From Mobula hypostoma (Eukaryota), in NCBI RefSeq assembly GCF_963921235.1, contig NC_086106.1:20956001-21020000 (forward strand): a stretch of 64,000 nt of DNA, in the 5' to 3' direction. Under the pieces are notes generated by a model that worked only from the letters and a program-made list of their open reading frames with translations, was not told the DNA's origin and ran no database searches. The translations under genes and the position numbers were made by a program. Position 1 is the stretch's first letter. The number at the start of each line of letters is the position of its first letter. Below, in pieces: positions 1-9,789 of the stretch.

Positions 1-119
1 AAATATTACAGAGAACCATTACATAAGCAGAGAAACCTTACAGCATGTTACATAGGTTTCACAGCTGCACCTTTGAGATACGCGAGGAGAGAGCAGAGAG
101 AAGACTTGGCCTATCTCCA

Positions 120-1800
120 CGTGCCCTTGTGGTGAAGGGGAAATTGCTTAGCAGCCGGAATTACCACGCCAATATCTTGATTTGAGAAGAACGCTGGCTG
201 GAATCCCTTTTATCATTCAGAAAGGTGCTCACAAGCGACTATCCAAACGGAAATTATTCTCGGCAGTGTCCGCGAAATCATTTGGGAGCTGCCGGCGGTG
301 GAGTTTTCAGTGACAAAGCAGTGCGTGGTTATCTCCACCTCAGTTTTCACTCTCTGAGACTAGTAGTTAGATTGGAAGTGGAAATCTTATAATAGGCTGC
401 CTGTGGCAAACAAAAGAGAAGAGAAAGCCTTCCAAAATCCACACATGAAGTGGTTCTCGATAAGATACTATGTCCCGAGTGAAGCAATGCAGATTTTTTT
501 TTTCATTAAGAGCTGTACCATGAGCTGTACCAACAGTTTCTCGAGCTGTTGGGAGCTTGGGGAGATTAAAGGAGTGGGCTGCTTTCGTGATCCGGTCTAC
601 AGCTAACCGAATGGTATTGTTTCCATATGACAGAGGCAGACCCGTGACAAAATCGGCCGAGACATGACGAAAGGGACAGTGAGGAACAGGCAGCTGGCTG
701 AATCGATCAGCAGGGCGCTGACAGTCTGCGACAAAGTTATGAGCATCATGAGACATAGACAGACGCCTGTCAGGCCGAATCTTGCTGACATCTCACAGCA
801 TCCAAAGCATTCAACTCTGGAGTTTGTGCAACTAATAGCATCCACCTTCTGCGCGATGTATATTCATCATCTTCAGCCAAATTAACTTCCGTTCTTTCTC
901 ACAGACCTTGTGCTCGGATCGATATAGCCGGCCGCAACCAGTTGCTCCTCGCTTTACTTCTCCCTGTCTAAAGTTTACATTGTTGCTGGTTTTGTTGAGT
1001 TTGGGCTCCCTTGTTTTGTAACCACTCTTGTTTCCTTATTTCTGCATTTATTACTAAAGGTAACGATTATCGCTAAACCTTTCCCACTGCTCTGCTTTTG
1101 GGTCAGGCCTCCTTTACATTTCCTGACAGGATCTTTGAAAATTGGTTGAACAAGCAGAGTATGATGATCTAGCTGAAAACCTCTGCCGACATGAGCACAA
1201 GTTCCAGAAGCAGTAGGAAATCTCTGACCAGCTGTACGCCTCTCTCATCCTACTCTCCACTTCAGTGCAGCAAATTTCGCCAGTCAAGCTCCTCCACTTG
1301 AGCCCCGAATTCCCCGTCCGAATCATTCGATGGACCTCTAACACGATGCAACAACTTCCTGAACGAGTGCTTCGTATACTTCGAGCACCTGCCGTCTCCG
1401 TATTGCACGCGCAGGACCACGTCGCCTTCGTCGTCTCTCGACTGACTGGGTGAGCTCTGTTGTGGGCCTTTGCTAAATGGGACAGCTAACGCACCATTTG
1501 CGATCGAGAGATGAATCGTCTACCCGCAATTTATACACTGCCCTCGCAAACTTCATCACTCTTGCTCTCTGAATTTTCGGTCTTCCTATGGAACGCCCGC
1601 CACATCAGCCGCAATACCCACATTTCCGTTCCCAGAACAATTTCTGGTTTCAGGATCATAATTGCTAACGCCTCTAAACTCAGGTAGTCCGAGAGAACTT
1701 TAATAATACTGAGAGAGTAGGTGAAGATAGGTGGTAATCAGATAAGGAGTAGGTTCGAAATATTACCTCCTGTGTCACTACAGCTGCCCGGATATCTCTT
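120..1800 (-). mobile_element. Decayed Ty3/Gypsy (Sushi-like) pol remnant: RT/RNaseH and integrase
   Basis: ORF 367..756 reads LPVPHCPFRHVSADFVTGLPLS..VDRITKAAH..LPKLPTARET, a typical Gypsy integrase core. Neighbouring frames carry RT-like fragments with many stops. Confidence 0.85.
900..1128 (+). mobile_element. 3' part of an LTR nested in the Gypsy remnant
   Basis: Ends TTTTGGGTCAGGCCTCCTTTACATTTCCTGACA (1128), resembling the TTTGGGTC...TGACA ends of the solo LTRs at 19651 and 57924. The left boundary is approximate. Confidence 0.5.
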
Positions 1801-2494
1801 CGAATAGCCTGATTTATTAGGTTATGCACGCTGTCGGATTCATCGCGCACTGCAATATCATGTCGGACTCCTGTGCTTAACCCACTCTGGAATGCAGTGA
1901 TGAGAGATCTCTCATTTCACACGGTTTCAACTGCAAGTGTACGGAAATTTCCGGCGTGGACTCTCACTGTGCCTGTCCCATGACGCAGGTCCAGGTGTCG
2001 GTGGTAGTCGCCCCCTTACTGGAAAGTCAAACAGTATCTTGTTCTTCAAAAAAAATTGTCGGAAGTACTGTGTTGTATAAGAAGTTTGTTTTCGTAAAGC
2101 GTGGGACAGGTTGATTTTCGTTCCTAGCCAGAGATTCATCATGTAAGCCAGTCATGGTGCATTATCACTGAACAGACCTCTCGGGTCACATTGGAAAGTC
2201 AGCTGATATTGGTTAATAAAACTTCTACAGCCTTCTGGATCACCGAAGAGTCTGCCTGATGTAGGATTGTTTGGTTCAGCCCCAGAAGCAGTAAGGAAAT
2301 CAGGGCATCAGTGCCTAAGATAGATGACACTGCAATAAGGGAGGGGATGGGGGTGCTGGTGCTGGAAGCGAGATTTTCCTGCTCAATAAATGCTGAAAAT
2401 TGCAGTAATAACCAGCTTGAACTGGGCTTGATACTTTGAGATTAAGTGCCAACACAACCTCCACTGATTTTAACTTCTCTCATACATGACCAAG

Positions 2495-2765
2495 TCTGGC
2501 GCGAGGCCAAGTAGTTAGGGCGTTGCTCTCACCCCCGGCCAGGGCAGCATGTGTGTCCTTGAGCAAGGCACTTATCCGCACAATGCTCCTGTCTACACAG
2601 CTGAAAAATGCTGGGTGTCAACGTCGCGATAGAGGACTGACATCCTATCCGGGAGTTGGGGTGTGTGTTCTCGTACTCTTAGTCGCATCACGCCGCAGAA
2701 ACCGGCATAAGCACCGGCCTGATGAGCCACACAAAGGCTCGGGACAGGACTTTGACTTTGACATA
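2495..2765 (+). mobile_element. V-SINE-like tRNA-derived SINE
   Basis: tRNA-like head, the V-domain-type motif GTGTCCTTGAGCAAGGCACTTA, and a (TTTGAC)n tail. Confidence 0.65.
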
Positions 2766-3767
2766 CATACCCAAGGAATTTCAGAACCAATTGCCTCTGT
2801 TCTCCAATTTTGTGGTCGAGTCCTGCTGACAGATGTTCAATGATGACTCAAGTGCAAAGGGAGAGACACAGACATACAATCAACACCTTCCTGAGCATTG
2901 TTTGTAACTACAGAACAGAGAAATAATAAAGGCAAATAGTGCCGCTGACTAAAACTCTCCAACGAAGAAAATCGCTGCGGCTCTAATGCAGAAACCAAGA
3001 GCAAATTTAATACCGTACGCTCGCAGTGCATGACTAATCACTAATCCTTTTTTCCTAAACATGGAACAAGACAAGTAAAGAGTCTTATCTCTGTTCGAAC
3101 AAGACGTGACAAGACGTAAACAAAACGAAGGGGAGTTAAATACATTTGCAAATAAATCTTAATTCTGACATGTCGCCTTCTTTCAGCCGTCCATCTTTGA
3201 GGGAAGCAAGTTAGTTTTTGTTTCAAATGGTGGAAAGGAATAGATGGATCTCTCATACGGCGAGGTGGACTGTAGTAATTGATGTTTTCCTCGTTAGTAA
3301 AATAATATCTGGGAATCTACTACTCCAATGAAGTACGTAATTTCCTTGCGTTTCTTTATGTTTCTTGGATTGTCTCAATTTTGCTTCCATTGCTAACCGG
3401 CATTCCTTTGTGCTTCTCACCACTCTTGCCCGCACACTGGAAACTAACAAAAGGCAGCAACTTGCAAGCTGGACATTACTCTCCTGAAACGGAATCTATA
3501 GATAGATACAGCAAGAAAACAGGCTCTTTTTCCACATTGAGTCTGCATCGACAAACCCTAAGCATTGACAGTTTGGTTTCACTAACTCCACGTGTTGTTC
3601 TCCTCGTAAGCCTGCCCAACACTGCATCACAGATCTTGTCCCTCACTCCAAAACGATCGTCAACTAACATTGTCCATCTAAGTTATCAACCTGTCCACTG
3701 AGGAAACTGTTTCGGATGCAAGTAAACGTGCAAAAAAAAAAATTTAAAAAAAAATCGATAACTCCTC

Positions 3768-3850
3768 AGAATCAGAATCAGGCTTAAAGTTATTATCATC
3801 GGCATGTGTCGCGAAATTTGTTAAATTAACAGCAGCGGTTCAGTGCATAA
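3768..3850 (-). mobile_element. LINE 3' tail (Rex1/L2-type), (ATTCTG)n terminus
   Basis: Reverse complement of the ..GATAATAAACCTGATTCTGATTCTGA tail also seen near 4640, 21030 and 33700. Confidence 0.6.
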
Positions 3851-5596
3851 TATGGAAAAAATATATAGGTATCTACATTAATTAGAGTGTACGTATTTTG
3901 AACACATCACATCGTGCAATAAACAGAAATAATATATATTTTAAAAAGTCTGTCAGTGTTCATCTGAGGACAGGATTCATTTGAATACCTGGAGTTGTGA
4001 CGTCGCATCTCCAAATTTTGTTTCATTATGCCCTATACAATATTCCGAACTCTGCCAATGTGAAAAAAAAACAACGATTATCAGACAGTGGGAGCAGGCA
4101 TATAAGAAAGCTTAATACAGGTTTGATCCAGACTCTTACGCTCCCTATATAACACCACACCCCCCACCAAATGGCTCTGCAAACCATAATGCAAATTTTA
4201 ATTATGCACCTGCATTCAATCGGTATGTTTTCCTCATATCTCCTCCTGTTTACGTGCCAGTCATGATGCAAGTATATACTCAAGGTCCACTTGAAGGATT
4301 GCAGCCACCCTTCTGATGCCTCAGAGCTTCCATGCGCTGTCATTTAAAGGTGGAGGAAGAGTATTCGTGCTTGTAGTGACTCCATGCATTGGAGCATGGA
4401 GAAATCTTGCGTTATTGCCCTATTGCGGACCTGTATCTTGATGTGGAAATATTTGCTGTTCCTACACAGTCATCTTCATTCTAATAAGATGCTCAGAGCT
4501 GACTAAGAGAAAGGTCTAAAGTAATGGACAGCAAACATTTAAATTATATCTCCTATGGAAAATACATGTTCATAAATCATTACAAAGAGTTATTCTTACA
4601 GTTAACACAGTTACCGACATATTCTGGTGATATTAATTCCATTCTGATTTTGATTCTGAATGCAGTGTAAACTGAATTAGATTGTGTAATTTACATATAT
4701 AATGGGATGCAATACAATTCCGTCTTGGTATTACGCTCATAGTGTAACCAATCCTCATGTTAATAATACACCTTAATAGCACTAATAAAAACAAATAACG
4801 AATTGCACAAAATGGAATGGTGCAACAACTGTAGTGCAATAGCAACGGTGTGCAAAGATTGTAGGAGTGCAATACAAAAAGGCGACCCATATGATATTAT
4901 TAGAGTATTGCAGGATAAGAAGGAGCTAGTCAATAAGTAGTCAATATTCCTGTAACAACATGCTCTAAGCAGATCTGTCTGAGAATCGAAGAATACGAAA
5001 TTAAAGCAAACATAAATGCTGTAAGTTTATGGGCGAAGGACTACCATGAGCTCTGTAATCTGCAATAAGGAAAGCAAACGGGCTGACTGCTGCATTATTT
5101 GACGTCTACAAAATAAAGTCCTTTTTTTTCAGATTCATTGAACGAATGCTGGCTTCGTAGGCTGAGCCAGCAATAAATTGCTCACCGTTCCTTGATCTTG
5201 ATAAGGTGTTCTTTCTTGAACAACACAGTCTTAATTGTATGGTAATGTGCATCATGCTGTTATCGAGAGAGTTCCAACAGGAAGAACATTTTACCAGGTC
5301 GGGAATCTGAAGGGTTACGAAGAGGCTGAATTTTCAAATGGTTCTGGTTCCCCATACTTTTGCTGCCCTTGTCCCTATAGTTAGGGGAGACATTCGGTTT
5401 AGAATGTGCTGTCAAACGAGACTTGGCGACTTGCTGCAGTTCATTTTGTCCATGTAGCCAACTGCTGGACTAGGCCAGTGGTGACTGAGTCAACAGGGGA
5501 CATCTATGTATGGCGATCGTGTCAAAATGTAGGTTCAGTCTGATACGATGTTAACTACTCGCCTCTGGTGGTCGCCTAGCGATTTCCAGTGCATGA

Positions 5597-5634
5597 AGTT
5601 TTTCACCAGATCAGCCGTCTGTTACTTGACTGTG
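5597..5634 (-). promoter_or_regulatory. V(D)J recombination signal sequence of V1 (heptamer CACAGTC, 22-nt spacer, nonamer TGAAAAACT)
   Basis: Directly abuts the YYCAA(S) end of V1. Heptamer 5634-5628, spacer 5627-5606, nonamer 5605-5597 with the AAAAAC core in register only at a 22-nt spacing. Confidence 0.88.
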
Positions 5635-5932
5635 CTTGCTGCGCAATAATACACAGCAGCGTCCTCCAGTCCAATGGGATTTATTTGCAAGTAAACGTTA
5701 TTTCCATATGCGCTAGTCTTCAGTCGGTCCTGAAGTTCAGGAGCATAGTTTATACGAGAAGAGTCGTAGTATCTCACCATCCATTCCATACCATTTCCTG
5801 AAAGGTGCCGATACCAGTACACGACATAGTCATCAATAGACCCTCCCGTCATTTCACAAGACAGGCGCTCGATGCCTCCGAGCTCTGCAGAAGCAGAATT
5901 GCGCTGTGTCAGCAGGAGGTCAGTTCTGGCTG
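5635..5932 (-). CDS. Antigen-receptor V gene segment V1 (V exon: 11-nt L-PART2 plus V region), open frame; VH-like / TCR-locus type
   Basis: Acceptor TTTCTTTAATAG then CA GCC AGA ACT | DLLLTQRNSASAELGGIERLSC EMTGGSIDDYVVYW YRHLSGNGMEWMVR YYDSSRINYAPELQDRLKTSAYGNNVYLQINPIGLEDAAVYYC AA. Has C23, W41, hydrophobic 89 and C104 of a V-set domain, and is followed by an RSS. Confidence 0.93.
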
Positions 5933-6009
5933 CTATTAAAGAAAAAGAGAGAAAAATAAAGATATAATTTCTGACATTTACCATAACCCGAATATCCATA
6001 GATGATACT

Positions 6010-6545
6010 GTAACGGCCCCTTAGCTGGGGAGGAGAGGGGGGTCTTATCTGTTTCGGGAGACGATGGTTTTGCCCGTACTCAGTCTGGCTGAATGTCAAT
6101 ATTGGTCTTCTCCGTGGATCGTCACCTTGCCGTGGTGCAGAAGCTTGTGTGGTCCTGTGATCCCGAGATAATGTCGTCTAGAACTATGCTCCTTGTAGGG
6201 TCATCCACGGCGGTAAGGTGGAGGGTGAAGTCCCTGACAAAGAACAAGCCAACCAAGGTCTCGACGGTAGAACAGGTGGACGAAGTTACTTCGAGCTGAA
6301 CGGCTGTGATGGCGGATAAAGGCTGCAACAAATCTATCAGCTCCAATTGTCGTGTTTTGCATGCCATTGGTTGATTGTGAAGAATCCTCTGCTGCTTGGA
6401 GTGCAATATCAAGTACACGTTAAACAAATTCACGCACCGGCGTCTTCGCTCTATGGACCACTTCTTCTGCAGTAAGACCATCATCACCGACGTCGAGGGA
6501 TAGCCACGTCGACAAAGATATTGCTCTATAACTATGTGGCAGCTA
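6010..6545. repeat. Repeat-like block just upstream of V1 (LTR-like end TGTAAC at 6010 plus a LINE/SINE-tail-like piece)
   Basis: Abrupt change from AT-rich to GC-richer sequence at a TGTAACGG terminus. 6260-6545 resembles retroelement-tail sequence. Family not determined. Confidence 0.4.
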
Positions 6546-8669
6546 ATACCCATGATCATGTACCGGTTCAATTTCAATGAGACATGAAGAATAAACATTA
6601 ATCTTACCGTCCTGTGAAAGAGTTGAACGAAATACATAGAAATATTAACTGATTTTCTTTGCATTGATTCTGACTGTAATAATGTCAATGCTCAATTTCC
6701 ATGTTTTTATTTTAAATTTCAAATTTTAAGTCCCTGCAGAATCTTTGTTTCTGTTATTCAGCTACTTTTCACAGGGCTAAATGGCATGGGATCAGATAGG
6801 CTATTCCCAAGCCCTGCGTTATGATTCTTCCACAGTACCTTTCCATAGGGTACATCCATCCCATGTAATCGAATCACAAACATTTTAACCCCAGATATGG
6901 TTCCTCTGAAATTTCCAGCATTTTCGTCTGTCGAAACGTGATGGATCTCAACAACAAAAGGCTTCTCACTCTGCAGCCACTCTCTGATCGACTGCGTGTT
7001 TCCAGAATTTTCAGTTTTATTCACTGTTCCCTTTAAGCTGGGTGGATGCACAGCCGTGCAGTACCTGAAATGCTCCCGCGCACATAGCCGTTGTTGCTAC
7101 CCAGCTCGAATTTTATTTTATTTTATGTCAGTATGATTTTTAAATTATGCTAATGCAATTTTGAAATATATGTTGATTTAATCGTGAACTACCTTACATT
7201 ACCTTTGCGTTAATGATCATAATCCACAAGTTTTCTAAATAATAGACGTAAAATATCCTTTAATTTTGAAGTATTTTAGTGATTGAACTTATTTACATTG
7301 TCTGTTTGTTTCAAGTTACAACGCTGTTACAAATTGAAACATTACGTACAGAACAGAAGTCGGTGGTTCATTGTTCCTAAACCGCCGGCTTGCTGAGCGC
7401 TCCACCATTAAAAGTTTAAAGTGTACGAACCTTGAAAGACTTTCTTCGTTGTACTGTATTTCATTATATCCCTCATTTAATAAATACAAAAAAAAATGCA
7501 TGTGATTTTCATTGCAATGACAATGGATATTGCAAAAACACATTTAAAGAGCCAAAGCATTTGAAGCCTTTTAAACATTTCCTGCTCAGAGCTATAGTTG
7601 GGCGGCACCGCTGTTTCGTTTTATTTTAAACCTTTCCCTGTTAATTCTGTTGCAAAGTTAGCCAACTTCAAATATATAAATATGCCGTTTGTTCATTTCT
7701 GCTGCAGTTACTGTGCTGCTGAATTATAATTTATCTTCTATTTCCAGACTGAACTTCAAAGTGCTCATGGACAGGAGCAACATCTCTCCAGATACCCTTA
7801 TAACGATTCCCACAGTTGTAGTGCCTTCTGTTAATTGACTGCATTACTAGTGTATGTTTACAGCTGGGCTTTTCGTTTCTTTTTTATGGCATATACATCA
7901 GTTATCGCAGTAAAACTAGGGATAGGAACAAAACTCACGGAACACACGAGACAACACCACAACGAGGAATATGTCCGCTTCCATTTCAGGCGAAATTCGT
8001 AAGCCTGCAGAATCTGGAGACACCGCAAACTAAATAATTTGCTTCCTAGTGGGAGGATAATATCAAGCATCGCACATAAGCTCGTGCGACTTTTACGTCA
8101 TTAGGCCACTTAGCAGAGCATAGGATTCGGTGCAATCAGAAGTTGCGTTGGCAAGCTGTAATCATTGCCTGTGTTTAATAGCGTACGCATTGCTTTCATA
8201 TTTCATCAGTTGAATTATAGCGACAGACTCAAAGAGTAATTTCAGTTTATCTGCTTTTAGCATAAGTAAGACTGAATTAAAGTACTTCAATGCATACAAG
8301 AATAAGGCGGTGTGAAGTGCTGGACGCAATTTCACTGGTAGTGTGTTTAGTCATAAGTAGCACAGCTATTTCTTATATGTGATTGATTAGCACTTCAAGA
8401 ATGCAGATGTTGCAAGATCAAAATAATTATTTAAGGTGATGGAAACCCAGAGCATCACTGGCTTCTGAACCTTTCAACGAGTTCTTGCTTTAGATTATGT
8501 CGGTTATATTTTGGGTATGTCAGTAAGGACGGGTTTCTATTTGAGGCTGGAACCGGCAGCCTCAAACAGAATCCAGCTCATCTAAAGAAGTATCTCGAGG
8601 AGCACCTGAAGCATAGAAACTTTCACTGATACAGATGGGAGCCAGACAGAAAAAAAAAAATCTTGAAAA

Positions 8670-8862
8670 AAAAAGTCGCATTGATTTTACTAATCATCTA
8701 TCGAAAAGATGGTCCGGATATTTTCAGTTGGGTGCCAACAATAGATTTCCCTGGTTAAATCTTCAGCTGTCAGTGAAATACCGGACACCAGGCAGGCAGG
8801 AGTTTCCCTGTTAATTGCAGAGTATTGATCGTGAATTAAAAAAAAACTCAATGGCTCACCAG
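8670..8862 (-). pseudogene. Possible decayed TCR alpha/delta-type constant-domain exon
   Basis: Phase-1 acceptor GAAACAAG|CT, then GEPLSFFLIHDQYSAINRETPACLVSG. Shifted frames give FH*QLKI and NLLLAPN*KY, recalling TRDC PSVFVM..VACLVKEFYP..AIVISPSGKY. Needs at least two frameshifts and stops. Confidence 0.3.
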
Positions 8863-9473
8863 CTTGTTTCAAAGAAAAATCAAAGAATGCTGTGGTAAGC
8901 TGCACAACTTCCATAGCTCAATATTTATGTTCAGATCTGTCCATTGGAGACGACTTTTACGAAGGTATTGTACGGTTGGAGCAACAGACACACACAATGA
9001 TGTGGGAGGGTACTGCCCGAAACGTTGCGTGCTTATGCATCCCCATAGATGGTACCTGAACTGACGAGATCAGCAGAATTGTCTCCGTGTTACTCTGGAT
9101 ATCCAGCTCCTTTTGCATATTTTGAAATTGGATGCAGTAATAGCTTCTCTCGACTTTTGATGCCGATTATTCCTTGGCCAGCTATGACCATGCCGACCAT
9201 CTATTTTAGACACATTGAACTTACTTGTCGGCCTTAGTATGCATTTGTCTGTGTAATTCCTATTAAACGGCAAGTTGAACTGTACCGTAAACGTCCTGTT
9301 AGCATCTGATTGAACAAATTCATAACGCAACATGCTTTACACGTGCATTTTTTGTAAGTCTTAACTCTCAGATCTACCTAAAGAATCCTTAGTGAAAAAA
9401 AATATCCTCATGTTTTTGATAATATTGTCATGAGAAAACAATATGTGCATTAAATAAATATCTCTCATTATCA

Positions 9474-9680
9474 ACAGAAATTTTGGAAATTCAAGCAGCA
9501 CAAATAAAATTTGCTGGTCAACGCAGCAGGCCAGGCAGCATCTCTAGGAAGAGGTGCAGTCGACGTTTCAGGCCGAGACCCTTCGTCAGGACTAACGAAG
9601 GGTCTCGGCCTGAAACGTCGACTGCACCTCTTCCTAGAGATGCTGCCTGGCCTGCTGTGTTCACCAGCAACTTGTATGTG
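9474..9680. mobile_element. Fold-back PLE-terminus-derived insertion with 13-bp TSD
   Basis: TSD TCTCTCATTATCA at 9461-9473 and 9681-9693. Inverted arms 9511-9586 and 9595-9670 (76 bp, 2 mismatches) with an 8-nt loop. Confidence 0.88.
9558..9593 (-). ncRNA. Minimal type I hammerhead ribozyme (PLE type)
   Basis: Minus strand reads AGTC CTGACGA AGGGTCTCGGCCT GAAA CG TC GACT: helix I AGTC/GACT, CUGANGA, helix II, GAAA, palindromic ACGT in place of helix III, GUC cleavage triplet. Confidence 0.75.
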
Positions 9681-9789
9681 TCTCTCATTATCAGCTAGCT
9701 TATATTTATATTCAGCCTTGTTTACACCAATGAAAAGAAACCCAACACACCCCATCCCTCCACAGTACTAAAGTGAACGTATTCCTAAA

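Noticed and set aside
2700-2745. GAAA...CTGATGAG in the V-SINE tail as a hammerhead ribozyme
   Set aside because: There is no NUH triplet or helix I between the CCGG hairpin and CUGAUGA, so the topology cannot be built.
6122-6688. 188-aa ORF as a TCR transmembrane exon or novel gene
   Set aside because: It runs through repeat-like DNA, lacks a proper hydrophobic TM with the conserved R/K pattern, and the AKT..VN resemblance needs a frameshift.
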